From: Ignavibacteriota bacterium
Lineage (GTDB): Bacteria > Bacteroidota > Ignavibacteria > UBA10030
NCBI GenBank assembly: GCA_963701295.1
Contig: OY969585.1
Span: forward strand, 2,720,001 to 2,784,000
DNA: 64,000 nucleotides
Direction of reading: 5' to 3'
Each line of letters begins with the position of its first letter. Positions within the stretch are counted from its first letter, which is position 1. Positions 20,864-31,248 of this stretch are shown piece by piece. Both the position numbers and the translations under genes were made by a program. The notes under the pieces are model-generated. The model was not told the origin of the DNA. It made no database searches and saw only the letters and a program-made list of their open reading frames with translations.

Positions 20864-22520
20864 TCGAAATCCTTTTCTTTTTTTGCACAACTGCTGCAAT
20901 GAGAATCATCAAAGAAGCTGTAAGGCACAACTGTGCTATAATATCTCCATACTTTACGTAAAACGTCTTTTCTGATCTTAAAAATATATCACTGACGAAC
21001 TGTGTCTTGCTATATAAGCTTGTTGCCACGTGCATAATGCCTGCAGGATCGACAATCATCGAAATGCCGCCATTGGCACACTGAACCACCCAGCGGCGTG
21101 TCTCCACGGCTCTCAGCGATGCAAATGAAGCATGCTGATATGCACCAGAAGTATTCCCCCACCAGCTATCATTTGTAATAATTACCAGAAATTCTGCGCC
21201 GCGCTTCACAAATTCTCTTACATAGTTGGGAAAGGCCGATTCATAACAAATCATTCCGGAAAATTTTGATATACCTCTATTGTTTAGGGGAAGCGTATAT
21301 GTCAATGTATCCTCACCTTTTCCCCAGCTTGATATTCCTACATTCCACTTAAGAGGTTCGATCAGAAATCGAAATGTCTCTGCGTATGGGATACGTTCCG
21401 CAAATGGTACCAGAATGGACTTTTTATGAATAGGTCCCGGCATACACTTTGGTTGGATGAAAATTGCAGAGTTGTATGATTCTGCAAAGATTTCAGTTCC
21501 GCTAATCCTTTGTGCTGTTGCTGGTGCATTCAATGAATCGAAATATTCTATCGTAGGTAATCCGGAAAAAATCGGAAGCTGCAACGTGTCGACTAGTAAT
21601 TGGAGGGTTGAAAGGTATGCTAAATATCTTGGCAGGAGGATGTGAAATGGAATAGCCGTCTCTGGCCAAAGAATAATATCCGGATTGTACCGTGCCAGTT
21701 TCTTTGTTTCTTCGATATAGGTATTGAACTGATAAAAGTAGGAATCCCATTTATTTCTCGAGCCTTCACCCCATTTATCCCACGGATCAAAGTTAGGTTG
21801 AATGACGCCAACACAAACAGTTTTTCCTAATTCAACCGATTCTTTTTTGATGATCCATTTTCCATAGAGAACAGGTCCAAAATAAAGAACCATTAGGAGA
21901 ATCAAGGCAGCGGATACAGACAGCGATCGAAGTTTCCAATTGTTGATTGCCATTTTCCAGAGCAATAAAAAAGCAAAAATATTAAATGCAAATATCAGAA
22001 GTGTCAATCCGTAGATTGATGAATATTCTATTATCTGAATACGATTTAAATCATATGCTTGGCTATTTCCAATGGTAAGCCAAGGAAAAGAGTATTCTCC
22101 AAGTGAATGGAGATATTCAAACGAAGTCCAGAACAAGGCGAACGCAATAAGACCGGAACATAGCCCAAGTCTTTTCCGTATAAAAAATGAGACTAGAATA
22201 AATGGTAGGAAGAGCATCGGATGAATGAATATGACCGCTGCCCCCGCTGTCATCATCCATAGATCTTTTCCGACAGAATATCCGCCAGTCCAATACACTG
22301 TTAGAAGATGGAATACGAGCAGAAACAGATATGAATATTTTACTATCTGATTATACGAGCCAAAGTGTGCAAAAAGATAAAACAGTGGAATAAATGCTAC
22401 GTATGCAAGCGAATAGAATGGCGAAGGAGGAAAAGAAAAACCAAGAAGAAGTCCGGATGTAACCGCAAGACACAATCGAAACAATGTTCTTTCATGAAGA
22501 GGATGTTCTCTCGATGGCAT
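20850..22520 (-). CDS. lnt: Apolipoprotein N-acyltransferase
   Basis: Multi-TM N-terminus, FPW, WPETA, K..LVPFAE, ICYE, TNDSWW nitrilase triad motifs. Confidence 0.95.
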   Translation of the reverse strand: MPSREHPLHERTLFRLCLAVTSGLLLGFSFPPSPFYSLAYVAFIPLFYLFAHFGSYNQIVKYSYLFLLVFHLLTVYWTGGYSVGKDLWMMTAGAAVIFIHPMLFLPFILVSFFIRKRLGLCSGLIAFALFWTSFEYLHSLGEYSFPWLTIGNSQAYDLNRIQIIEYSSIYGLTLLIFAFNIFAFLLLWKMAINNWKLRSLSVSAALILLMVLYFGPVLYGKWIIKKESVELGKTVCVGVIQPNFDPWDKWGEGSRNKWDSYFYQFNTYIEETKKLARYNPDIILWPETAIPFHILLPRYLAYLSTLQLLVDTLQLPIFSGLPTIEYFDSLNAPATAQRISGTEIFAESYNSAIFIQPKCMPGPIHKKSILVPFAERIPYAETFRFLIEPLKWNVGISSWGKGEDTLTYTLPLNNRGISKFSGMICYESAFPNYVREFVKRGAEFLVIITNDSWWGNTSGAYQHASFASLRAVETRRWVVQCANGGISMIVDPAGIMHVATSLYSKTQFVSDIFLRSEKTFYVKYGDIIAQLCLTASLMILIAAVVQKKKRISNELD

Positions 22521-22522
22521 TA

Positions 22523-23110
22523 TCAAGAACTTCCTTTCTGTAACTTACGGTGTATCGCCCGATACCAAAGATTTTCTAATCCGAGGAAAACAAGCAACAC
22601 ACAGCCGCTGCATATTAAACCAATCACTCCACCACCAATCACATCGGATGGATAATGCACACCGACGTAGACGCGAGAGAATGCAATGGTTGCTGCAAGT
22701 CCGAAGAACCACCATTTGGCTCGTGGCAGAAAGAACGACAAGATAAGTGCACCTGCAAAGTTATTGACCGCATGAGAAGATGGGAATGAATATCCACTTC
22801 CGCAACTGACAAGAAGATGAATATCATGTAATATATAGCAAGGTCGTTGGCGCAGCAACCAAAACTTGATGAATGAACTATTTATTTTATCGCTTATAAT
22901 GATCGTGACAATAAGCAAAATGGCTGCTAATCGAATTGAACGGTTTCCTCGTATAATCATCCAAAGAAGCAACGTTGCAACTATAACAAGCACGATACGC
23001 TGTTTATTTAAGTCGGTTAGAAATGGCATTACAACATCAAATATCGGATTACTCAATGAACCATTTATGAAATGAAACAACGCAGTGTCAATCGTATTTA
23101 ATTGTTCCAA
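22523..23110 (-). CDS. PAP2 family membrane phosphatase
   Basis: K....R.RP, SFPSSHA, SRVYVGVHYPSDV. Confidence 0.93.
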   Translation of the reverse strand: MEQLNTIDTALFHFINGSLSNPIFDVVMPFLTDLNKQRIVLVIVATLLLWMIIRGNRSIRLAAILLIVTIIISDKINSSFIKFWLLRQRPCYILHDIHLLVSCGSGYSFPSSHAVNNFAGALILSFFLPRAKWWFFGLAATIAFSRVYVGVHYPSDVIGGGVIGLICSGCVLLVFLGLENLWYRAIHRKLQKGSS

Positions 23111-23113
23111 CGG

Positions 23114-23644
23114 TTATTTCCCACTGGCAGTTACAATAGAAACAATTGCAAAAGCAGCACATCCCTCCGCTCTGCCCAATGTGCCGAGTCCTTCGTGCGT
23201 CGTGGCTTTGACAGAGACTTGATGAGGAGAAATATGCAATGCTCTTCCAATTCGCAGGCACATAAGGTCAACATACTTTGCAATTTTAGGGCGTTCGAGT
23301 ATAATGGTAGAATCTATGTTGCCGATTTTATATCCTTGCTTCTGCAGAAAGATAGCAACAGAGCCGAGAAGTTTAATGCTTGAAATATCGCGAAATGCTT
23401 CATCAGTATCAGGGAAATGTTTCCCAATGTCTCCTAAAGCGGCTGCGCCAAGAAGCGCATCGCAGATTGCATGGAGGAGCACATCGGCATCAGAATGTCC
23501 AAGCAGTCCAATCTCCGAAGGTATACGAACTCCACCCAAGATAAGCGTGCGTCCTTCTACAAGGCGATGAACATCGTATCCCAATCCAAATCGGATCAAT
23601 GCTGTTTTTTGTTTTTTTGCGCGTATGTTTTGTTTTGATTTCAT
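23114..23644 (-). CDS. ispF: 2-C-methyl-D-erythritol 2,4-cyclodiphosphate synthase
   Basis: GYDVH, GHSDADVLLHA, DIGKHFPD, KATT.EGLG. Confidence 0.97.
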   Translation of the reverse strand: MKSKQNIRAKKQKTALIRFGLGYDVHRLVEGRTLILGGVRIPSEIGLLGHSDADVLLHAICDALLGAAALGDIGKHFPDTDEAFRDISSIKLLGSVAIFLQKQGYKIGNIDSTIILERPKIAKYVDLMCLRIGRALHISPHQVSVKATTHEGLGTLGRAEGCAAFAIVSIVTASGK

Positions 23645-23917
23645 CTATTGCACATCAAAACCTGAATGTGTTTCAGTGCACTTGATCCATTCTATTTCCA
23701 TATCCGCAACATGCGCGGCACGTGGACCAACTTTTACTTGTTTAATAAACTCTTCAACCAACGAGCGATCACCTTCAGCCTCAATTTCCACATCACCCGA
23801 AAAGAGATTCCTTACATACCCCGTAAGAGTAAGACTTTTTGCCTTATTGTAAACAAAATATCGAAATCCCACGCCCTGTACTAATCCTCTTACTAAAACG
23901 TGAACTCTTACTTTCAT
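23645..23917 (-). CDS. acyP: Acylphosphatase
   Basis: G.VQGVGFR, GYVRN..GDVE; start moved to 23917. Confidence 0.94.
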   Translation of the reverse strand: MKVRVHVLVRGLVQGVGFRYFVYNKAKSLTLTGYVRNLFSGDVEIEAEGDRSLVEEFIKQVKVGPRAAHVADMEIEWIKCTETHSGFDVQ

Positions 23918-23973
23918 AGTTCTTGCCAAAGTACGAGGATTGCGTTTGAAATGCAATGAAAAGGAGGATTAAG

Positions 23974-24002
23974 AAAAAGGGACGATTCAATGCCGTCCCT
24001 TT
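23974..24002 (-). terminator. Intrinsic terminator after the tRNA pair
   Basis: AAAGGGACG-loop-CGTCCCTTT followed by T residues on the minus strand. Confidence 0.75.
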
Positions 24003-24007
24003 GTTTG

Positions 24008-24091
24008 TGCCCGAAGCGAGACTTGAACTCGCATGCCCTTTCGGGCGCCACCCCCTCAAGATGGTGTGTCTGCCAGTTCCACCATTCGGGC
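24008..24091 (-). tRNA. tRNA-Leu(GAG)
   Basis: GCCCGAA/TTCGGGC acceptor, CCATC-TTGAGGG-GGTGG anticodon arm, long variable arm, GTTCAAGTC T-loop; CCA not encoded. Confidence 0.95.
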
Positions 24092-24100
24092 AAATGAATG

Positions 24101-24172
24101 TGAGCGTGGGTGGGCTCGAACCACCGACCCTCTGCTTAAAAGGCAGATGCTCTACCCCTGAGCTACACGCTC
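24101..24172 (-). tRNA. tRNA-Lys(TTT)
   Basis: GAGCGTG/CACGCTC acceptor, TCTGC-CTTTTAA-GCAGA, GGTTCGAGCC. Confidence 0.96.
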
Positions 24173-24231
24173 GCACATTTTCAAAACCTACTCGCAACAC
24201 ACGAGCATGTTCTGTTTCATTCAACAATTAC

Positions 24232-24260
24232 AATATACCAAACAGAGCGCCAAAATTCAA
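24232..24260 (-). promoter_or_regulatory. Putative tRNA-Lys/Leu promoter
   Basis: TTGAAT-17 bp-TATATT. Confidence 0.6.
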
Positions 24261-24302
24261 TGTGAATTTTCTGGCCGCTGTTCCAGAGGTTGTGTTGTTC
24301 CT

Positions 24303-24548
24303 TCAGGTACTAGTACGTCTGCGAAAAAGAATCCCAATCGGAATCAAGACACAGTACCCGAGTACTAACAGAATTGGCGCAACGACGAGCGGCATCGTTC
24401 CATTCCACGGTTCTTGTGCGAGAGCGATATACCCAAGAAGGATGCATAAGAGGCCGCCACCAAGAATTTGATAGTTCGATTTGGTGAATGGAAGTGCTGC
24501 AACGAAAGTTTTTTGTTTGGTTGCGATGCGTTTTTCTATTCGAGCCAT
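24303..24548 (-). CDS. Small two-TM membrane protein, DUF3098-like
   Basis: LPFTKSNY..L..G...I.LGY, APILLVLGY..LIP.GI; GGAG RBS. Confidence 0.75.
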   Translation of the reverse strand: MARIEKRIATKQKTFVAALPFTKSNYQILGGGLLCILLGYIALAQEPWNGTMPLVVAPILLVLGYCVLIPIGILFRRRTST

Positions 24549-24569
24549 TTTCTCTCCAATTTATAGTAT

Positions 24570-24652
24570 AAAAAAAAGCCCGACATCGGGGGGAACGTCG
24601 GGCCTGACCGTTTGTTGAGCAATAGTCAGGGGAGTTACTATTGCTCGGGTCT
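24570..24652 (-). ncRNA. Candidate small RNA or attenuator: two hairpins with C-rich loops and a U-tract
   Basis: GAGCAATAGT-AACTCCCCTG-ACTATTGCTC; GCCCGACGT-TCCCCCCG-ATGTCGGGC-T8; upstream TTGACA-16-TAAATT (24687-24660). Confidence 0.55.
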
Positions 24653-24704
24653 AATGAGTAATTTACGGCATTTCTTTTCAATGTCAAGTCCTGTGAAAAA
24701 AAAA

Positions 24705-25397
24705 TTATCTTGCAACACTGAGTTTTCCTTCGGAAAGTTTGAGAACACGATTAGCACGACGTGTCAGGTCAATATTGTGCGTTGCTACAACAAAGGTCAT
24801 TCCAAATGATTCAGAGAGATGCACCAATAATCGATGCAAACTCAATCCGTTTTCTTCATCAAGATTTCCCGATGGCTCATCTGCAAGAACAAGCTGGGGG
24901 TTATTCATAAGCGCTCGTGCTACGGCGACACGCTGTTGTTCACCGCCTGAGAGTTCATTCGGCTTATGATGAAGGCGATCTGAAAGTCCAACTTGTTCTA
25001 ATAATATTTGTCCGCGTGGTGTTGCTTCTTTAATGGTTTTTCCGGCGATGAAGGCAGGCATACAAACGTTTTCCAGAGCATTAAATTCCGGAAGAAGATG
25101 ATGAAATTGGAAAATGAATCCTAATGATCGATTGCGGAAAATCGCCAATTGTTCTTCTGTTTGCGCGAATACGTTCTGTTCCCCAAGCTTTATGATGCCG
25201 TCGGTTGGTCGATCGAGTCCGCCTAATAAATGAAGCAATGTGCTTTTTCCCGATCCCGAGGGTCCGACAATCACGACAAACTCTCCTTGTCGTATTTCGA
25301 TATCAACACCTTTAAGAACCTGAAGAGCTTGGTTCTTCCCCATTGGATATTCTTTCCATATATTTTCTCCAGTCAGGAGAATAGCGCGACGTGTCAT
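24705..25397 (-). CDS. lolD: Lipoprotein-releasing ABC transporter ATPase
   Basis: [36 protein letters not shown]; follows two LolC/E-like permeases. Confidence 0.9.
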   Translation of the reverse strand: MTRRAILLTGENIWKEYPMGKNQALQVLKGVDIEIRQGEFVVIVGPSGSGKSTLLHLLGGLDRPTDGIIKLGEQNVFAQTEEQLAIFRNRSLGFIFQFHHLLPEFNALENVCMPAFIAGKTIKEATPRGQILLEQVGLSDRLHHKPNELSGGEQQRVAVARALMNNPQLVLADEPSGNLDEENGLSLHRLLVHLSESFGMTFVVATHNIDLTRRANRVLKLSEGKLSVAR

Positions 25398-26620
25398 TCC
25401 CATCGTATGGCTTCCACAGGATCGAGAGAAGCCGCCCGTTTAGCCGGGAGGCGTGAAGCGAGCGAACATAATCCAAGTGCGGCGATGGCAACAACCACGA
25501 TATCAACTATATGCACTTCAACTGGCATTGCAGGGATAATATAGATCGTGGTATCCAGCGCAACTAAATGGTACCGTTCTTGAAGATACACAATAAGCAA
25601 TCCAAGTACAGAACCGACTATAGTTCCGACAATACCCACATAAAAACCTTGCAGACTGAAAATCTTTTTTATGCTTTCAGTGGTAGCACCCATCGATTTG
25701 AGGATACCGATATCACGTCGTTTCTCAATGACGGTCATTGTCAAAGAACTCAGAAGATTAAATGATGCGACTGCAATAATGAGACAGAGGACGATGTACG
25801 CACACCAACGTTCGATCTGCATGACGGTATACAATTCACGATGCAAGTCGTACCAAGTCAAATACCGAAAAGCGGTTCCATATTTCTTCTGGAGTTCATT
25901 CCGAAAACTTTCTGCCTTATCAACGTGATCAAATCGGATATCAACCCCATCGATTTGGCCTGTCCGACCAAAGAGCGATTGAGCATCTATTAAGTTCGTA
26001 AAGGCAAAATAACCATCGTACTCTTTATTGTTCGATTCATAAATTCCTACGATACGAAAACGCCTGATGAGCGGCAATCCAAGTTGCATGGCTGCCAATT
26101 CAGCACCCGATGGGCTAACTACAGAAATCGTATCACCAACAACTACACCTAATCTGTCTGCAAGAATTAATCCGAGAACAATTCCATTTCTTCGATCTTC
26201 TCTCAAATCGATTGAACCGAGAACAATTTTATCCGATAATCCAGAGACCAGAGGAATACTTTTGGCTTCAAGCCCTCTGATATTAACAACTCGATTGATA
26301 TTTCGAGAAACGATGAGAGCTTTGCCGCCAACGAATGGTGAGCATCCTTTGACTTCTGGCCTGTGAGAAAGATCGTCAAGAATTGATTGATAACCGACCG
26401 AATCTATGTGTGTTATGCTTTCGATACGAAGGTGTGGGTCGAAGTCGATGAGAATAGAAGAAACCAGGCTCCCAAATCCATTGAATACAGATAGTACCAC
26501 AATAAGAGCAGCGACACCAATAGTAACACCGGTAACAGAAATGGCTGAGATGATCGAGACAAACTTCACGCTCTTCTTACTCAATAAATATCGAAGTGCT
26601 ATGTAACGTTCGTATCTCAT
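25394..26620 (-). CDS. LolC/LolE-family (FtsX-like) ABC permease
   Basis: YIALRYL, GVAALIVVLSVFNGF, EKRRDIGILKSMG, AASLDPVEAIR; ATGA overlap with upstream gene. Confidence 0.9.
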   Translation of the reverse strand: MRYERYIALRYLLSKKSVKFVSIISAISVTGVTIGVAALIVVLSVFNGFGSLVSSILIDFDPHLRIESITHIDSVGYQSILDDLSHRPEVKGCSPFVGGKALIVSRNINRVVNIRGLEAKSIPLVSGLSDKIVLGSIDLREDRRNGIVLGLILADRLGVVVGDTISVVSPSGAELAAMQLGLPLIRRFRIVGIYESNNKEYDGYFAFTNLIDAQSLFGRTGQIDGVDIRFDHVDKAESFRNELQKKYGTAFRYLTWYDLHRELYTVMQIERWCAYIVLCLIIAVASFNLLSSLTMTVIEKRRDIGILKSMGATTESIKKIFSLQGFYVGIVGTIVGSVLGLLIVYLQERYHLVALDTTIYIIPAMPVEVHIVDIVVVAIAALGLCSLASRLPAKRAASLDPVEAIRWE

Positions 26621-27861
26621 GATGCAAAGCGAATAAGTTTGATCGGATCCATCTTCGCTGAAAGTCTTGAAGGTATCCACGACGCAATGAAACTCATACC
26701 AAGTGCGGCTATAGTCACGCTGAGGAAATTGAGGATGGTAAGATCAATTGGTACGTGAGTCATGAAATAAATTCCGGAGGGAAGCAGAAAGAATCGATAA
26801 TGTAACTCTAACCAACAAAGAAGCAGAGCAATCAGGTTCCCTAATACTGTTCCAACAATTCCGATAAGCATTCCTTGCTTGAGAAATACGCTCACAATAT
26901 CTTTCCGTCCCATTCCTATCGTGATCAACGTACCAATCTCCCTTGACTTTCCAAGAATCAGCATCAAGAGTGTTCCAAGAATATTTACTGTTGCTACGAT
27001 GATGATGAGCGCCAAAATGATCATCACTGGAATTCTTTGGAGATCGACCCAAGCAAAAAGATTTCTATACTGCTGAAACATTGTTCTTGCATAATAAGGA
27101 TATCCAAGGTATTCCGGAATTTGCTGTGCGAGTGCTGTAACACTGTCAATGTTTGAAACCAAGATATCAAACCCAGAAACAATATTTCCCACTTGAAACA
27201 ATCTTTGCGCATTTCTTAGATTGATATAAATGACACTTCCATCGTAATCTGCCATCCCTGTTTCATAAATGCCGCTAATTTCAAATTGCATGATCCGAGT
27301 TTGCGAGAGCGAAAGAGTTGTTCCGCCAAGGGCGTACATCAGAACACGATCATGAAGTTGGACATTCAATTTTTCTACTAATCGTTTTCCAAGAATGACC
27401 TGTTGAACACCTGATTTTCGTTCCTCAAGATCATATGTACCTTCAATAAGTCTGTGTTTTGCAGCTGAAATATCATTGTTCGGATCAACTCCTTTGATAA
27501 GAATACCGTCGATATCATTTTTTGATCGAATCATACCTTCGCGAGAAAGATAGGGAGCCATTTCAAGCACTTCAGGATATTGAGCAATAACTTTTTGAAT
27601 TGTTCGTTCCTGATCAGGCAGTAAATCGTTCTCAAAAGCGAACAATTGCATATGAGCGGTGAAACTCACAACATTTTCTTTGATGGTTTTTTCAAATCCA
27701 CTGAGAATAGAAAGTGTGATGTCTAAACTCGCAACACCTAATGTAACACCGATGATCGCAATAAACGTAATGAAAGAAACAAACCCTTTGTTGTGTCTTG
27801 ATGTAAGGTGCCGGACGGCGATAAAGTCCGTCACATTGAACTTTTTCAATCTTAGCTGCAC
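26617..27861 (-). CDS. LolC/LolE-family (FtsX-like) ABC permease
   Basis: FIAVRHL, IAIIGVTLGV, EISGIYETG, REIGTL..IG. Confidence 0.9.
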   Translation of the reverse strand: MQLRLKKFNVTDFIAVRHLTSRHNKGFVSFITFIAIIGVTLGVASLDITLSILSGFEKTIKENVVSFTAHMQLFAFENDLLPDQERTIQKVIAQYPEVLEMAPYLSREGMIRSKNDIDGILIKGVDPNNDISAAKHRLIEGTYDLEERKSGVQQVILGKRLVEKLNVQLHDRVLMYALGGTTLSLSQTRIMQFEISGIYETGMADYDGSVIYINLRNAQRLFQVGNIVSGFDILVSNIDSVTALAQQIPEYLGYPYYARTMFQQYRNLFAWVDLQRIPVMIILALIIIVATVNILGTLLMLILGKSREIGTLITIGMGRKDIVSVFLKQGMLIGIVGTVLGNLIALLLCWLELHYRFFLLPSGIYFMTHVPIDLTILNFLSVTIAALGMSFIASWIPSRLSAKMDPIKLIRFAS

Positions 27862-27878
27862 ATGAATTCCATTGATCT

Positions 27879-28983
27879 TTACTTTGAAGAATATTCGAGT
27901 AGATAACTTTTTATAAATTCATCGATCGCGCCGTCCATCACTGCCTGCACATCCCCTTTTTCTGTTCCAGTGCGGTGATCCTTGACAAGTTGGTACGGTT
28001 GAAAGGTATATGAACGAATCTGGCTTCCCCATTCAATTCTTTTCTTGGTGCTCTCAATCGCGCTCAGCCGGGCTTCTTCTTCTTCACGTCGTTTTTGATA
28101 CAGTCGGGATTTCAGCATCTTCATTGCACGTTCTCGATTTTGGAATTGGGACCTCTCCTGCTGACATGCTACTACTATTCCTGTTGGAGTATGTGTAATG
28201 CGGACTGCAGTTTCGACCTTGTTCACATTCTGTCCACCTTTGCCGCCTGAGCGGTACGTGTCAATCTTCAGGTCTACAGGATTGATTTCAATCTCGACAT
28301 CATCTTCTACTTCCGGATACACATAGACCGAGGAAAATGAAGTATGTCTTCGAGCATTTGAATCAAAAGGAGAGATACGAACGAGCCGATGCACACCGCT
28401 TTCCGCTTTTAGATACCCGTAGGCATATTTGCCTACAATTTCAATGGTGACACTCTTAATTCCGGCGCCTTCACCTTCAAGCATGTCTGCCAGAAATACT
28501 TTTAATCCATGACGTTCGCACCAGCGAGAATACATGCGCAATAACATTTCAGCCCAGTCTTGCGCCTCTGTGCCACCAGCTCCTGAGTGAATCGTTAAAA
28601 TCGCATTCTTCTCATCATCTGGACCACTCAACATATTTTTCAGTTCGAGGTTTTCAATCTCATTGCGAAGTATTTCGATATCACGCTCAACCTCTTTCTC
28701 GAAACTCACTTCTTGTGCTTCCTCTGCCATCTCGATTAGCAACTTTGTATCGCAGTACAATACATCGAGTGAATTCCATGCATCACTCCATTCTCTTCGT
28801 CCGTTGATTTGTTGAATGATCTTCTGCGCTGCTACGTTATCATTCCAAAATCCATCTATGGTTGTCCGTGCCTGAAATTCCTTGAGTTCTTTTTCCTTTG
28901 TATCGAGGTCAAAGATACCCCCGAAGTGCGTCGATGCGTTTCCGCTGCTCTTCTAATTGTATTCGTAAATCAGAAAAACTCAA
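27879..28983 (-). CDS. prfB: Peptide chain release factor 2 with programmed +1 frameshift
   Basis: TTG start at 28983 after AAGGAGG; GGGGG-TAT-CTT-TGA-C at 28922-28908; SPF and GGQ motifs in the downstream frame. Confidence 0.97.
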
Positions 28984-29046
28984 TGATCCTCCTTAGTAAT
29001 TGCCTGTATGCTGAAAATCGGAATACATCTTTCTTCTTTCAATACT

Positions 29047-30813
29047 CTATTTAATTTTGATATGTAGCTCATCCAATTGCTTCACGTCCACTGTTGAAGG
29101 GGCATCATCCATTAATGACATACCGCTCGCTGTTTTCGGGAAAGCAATAACTTCACGAATAGATTTACTCCCGGTCATTAACATAATAATACGATCAAAT
29201 CCGAATGCAATGCCCCCATGCGGTGGTGCCCCGTATTTAAATGCATCAAGCAGGAACCCAAATTTCCGCTGAGCCTCTTCTGTACCAATGCCCATAAGGC
29301 TGAACATCTTGCTTTGCACCTCTTGTGTATGATTGCGGATGCTGCCGCCTGCGATTTCGTTTCCGTTGAGAACCAAATCGTATGCCCGCGCTCGCGCCTT
29401 ATCCGGATCAGTTTCCAGCAGCGGCATATCTTCCGATTTTGGTGCTGTAAAAGGATGGTGGACTGCAACGAACCGCTTTTCTTCTGCACTGAACTCCAAC
29501 AAAGGGAAATCTGTTACCCAAAGGAAATTCCATTTTTTTTCCTGAATGAGATTGAGGCGCTGTGCCATCTCAAGGCGTAAAGTTCCGAGTATTGTTAATG
29601 CTTTTTGCCAGGCGCCAGAGATCAAGAGAATAAGATCTCCCGGTTTCGACTCGAACTTTTTGGCAATTGCAATGGATTCATCTTCTGAAATAAATTTACT
29701 GGCAGAACATTCTATCTTATCAGTATTCACTCGAAGATAGACCAGTCCACCGGCACCAAGAGACTTCACATAATCCGTTAAGATATCAAGTTGGCTTCTT
29801 GTGTATGAGGCAAGGCCAGAGACATTGATCCCTGCGACAATTCCCTTCTTTTTGATTACATCGCTGAAAACTCGAAATCCCGAGTGTTGCGCGATTTCCG
29901 AACAGTTTCTAATTTCCAAACCAAAGCGTGTATCTGGTTTATCACTGCCAAAGCGTTCCATCGCTTCCTTGTAGGTTATTTTTGGAAACGGCTGCTGAAC
30001 AGCAATATTCAAGATCGTCTTGAAAATATCTACGATTGCTCCTTCCGTTATCTGTTGAATATCCTCTTCATCCACAAATGACATTTCAACATCGATTTGC
30101 GTAAACTCTGGCTGTCTGTCGGCACGTAGATCTTCATCTCGGAAACATTTTACAATTTGAAAATAGCGGTCAAATCCCGATACCATAAGGATCTGCTTGT
30201 ACGTTTGTGGTGATTGCGGTAACGCATAAAATTTTCCGTGATGCAATCGGCTTGGAACAAGAAAGTCACGTGCACCTTCCGGTGTGCTCTTCATCAGAAT
30301 TGGTGTTTCAATTTCTAAGAATCCTTTCTGGTCGAAGTATTGTCTTGTTACTTGATATGCACGATGCCGCACAATGAGATTATTCTGTGCTGATGGGCGG
30401 CGTAAATCAAGGTACCGATATTTCAGACGCAGGTCTTCATTGACATCTCCATAGTCATCCATGGGAAATGGCGGTGTTTCCGATTTATTGAGAATTGTTA
30501 GTTCATGAATATCAACTTCGATTTCTCCTGTCGTTATTTCTGGATTGACCGTTTCTTCTGGTCGCGTTCTCACAACACCCGTAGCAGACAGTACATATTC
30601 TGACCGCAACGACTTTGCAATTTCATGTGCGCCTTCGTGTCGTTCCGGTGAAAATACAATCTGTGTCTTCCCATATCGATCGCGCAGATCGATGAATATC
30701 AATCCTCCAAGATCTCGACGCTTATCCACCCATCCAGTAAGTGTTATGGTCTTTCCGACATGATTCTTTCGTAATTCTCCGCATGTAGCCGTTCTTTTTT
30801 TGAATGTACTCAA
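29047..30813 (-). CDS. aspS: Aspartate--tRNA ligase
   Basis: RRDLGG.IFIDLRDR, STPEGARDF, LPQSPQ, FRDEDLRADRQPEF, GAPPHGG; TTG start at 30813. Confidence 0.98.
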   Translation of the reverse strand: MSTFKKRTATCGELRKNHVGKTITLTGWVDKRRDLGGLIFIDLRDRYGKTQIVFSPERHEGAHEIAKSLRSEYVLSATGVVRTRPEETVNPEITTGEIEVDIHELTILNKSETPPFPMDDYGDVNEDLRLKYRYLDLRRPSAQNNLIVRHRAYQVTRQYFDQKGFLEIETPILMKSTPEGARDFLVPSRLHHGKFYALPQSPQTYKQILMVSGFDRYFQIVKCFRDEDLRADRQPEFTQIDVEMSFVDEEDIQQITEGAIVDIFKTILNIAVQQPFPKITYKEAMERFGSDKPDTRFGLEIRNCSEIAQHSGFRVFSDVIKKKGIVAGINVSGLASYTRSQLDILTDYVKSLGAGGLVYLRVNTDKIECSASKFISEDESIAIAKKFESKPGDLILLISGAWQKALTILGTLRLEMAQRLNLIQEKKWNFLWVTDFPLLEFSAEEKRFVAVHHPFTAPKSEDMPLLETDPDKARARAYDLVLNGNEIAGGSIRNHTQEVQSKMFSLMGIGTEEAQRKFGFLLDAFKYGAPPHGGIAFGFDRIIMLMTGSKSIREVIAFPKTASGMSLMDDAPSTVDVKQLDELHIKIK

Positions 30814-30840
30814 GCCCGTCCTCTTCTTTCGCCGATTTAT

Positions 30841-30886
30841 AAAAATAAAAAAGCGAGAATTATCGCTGATGTGCAACGTTCTCGCC
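30841..30886 (-). terminator. Terminator after trxA
   Basis: GGCGAGAA...TTCTCGC followed by TTTTTTATTTTT. Confidence 0.65.
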
Positions 30887-30904
30887 CATATCACTTCTCT
30901 TGCT

Positions 30905-31228
30905 TCAATTTAGATGTTTCGATAATTTCTCCAGCAATGTTTTCTTGGGTGCCGCACCAACAATTTGCTCTACCACTTTTCCGCCTTTGAATAAAAGAAG
31001 TGTCGGAATACTGCGAATACCGTATTGCATAGCGATCTTTTGATTATTATCCACATCCACTTTGCCGATTTTCAACTTGCTTTCGTATTCAGTTGCGAGT
31101 TCTTCGACAATTGGTGCTATCATTTTGCAGGGTCCGCACCATGCTGCCCAAAAATCGACGAGCACTGGCATAGTTTCTTTTAATACTTCCTGTTCAAAAG
31201 ATTCCTCTGTCAATTCCAATAGTTTCAT
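30905..31228 (-). CDS. trxA: Thioredoxin
   Basis: VDFWAAWCGPCK, IRSIPT. Confidence 0.98.
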   Translation of the reverse strand: MKLLELTEESFEQEVLKETMPVLVDFWAAWCGPCKMIAPIVEELATEYESKLKIGKVDVDNNQKIAMQYGIRSIPTLLLFKGGKVVEQIVGAAPKKTLLEKLSKHLN

Positions 31229-31248
31229 ATAATCTCTTCCTTCTCTTC

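Noticed and set aside
23844-24809. ORFs overlapping the tRNAs and hairpins
   Set aside because: Spurious translations across RNA genes and structured DNA
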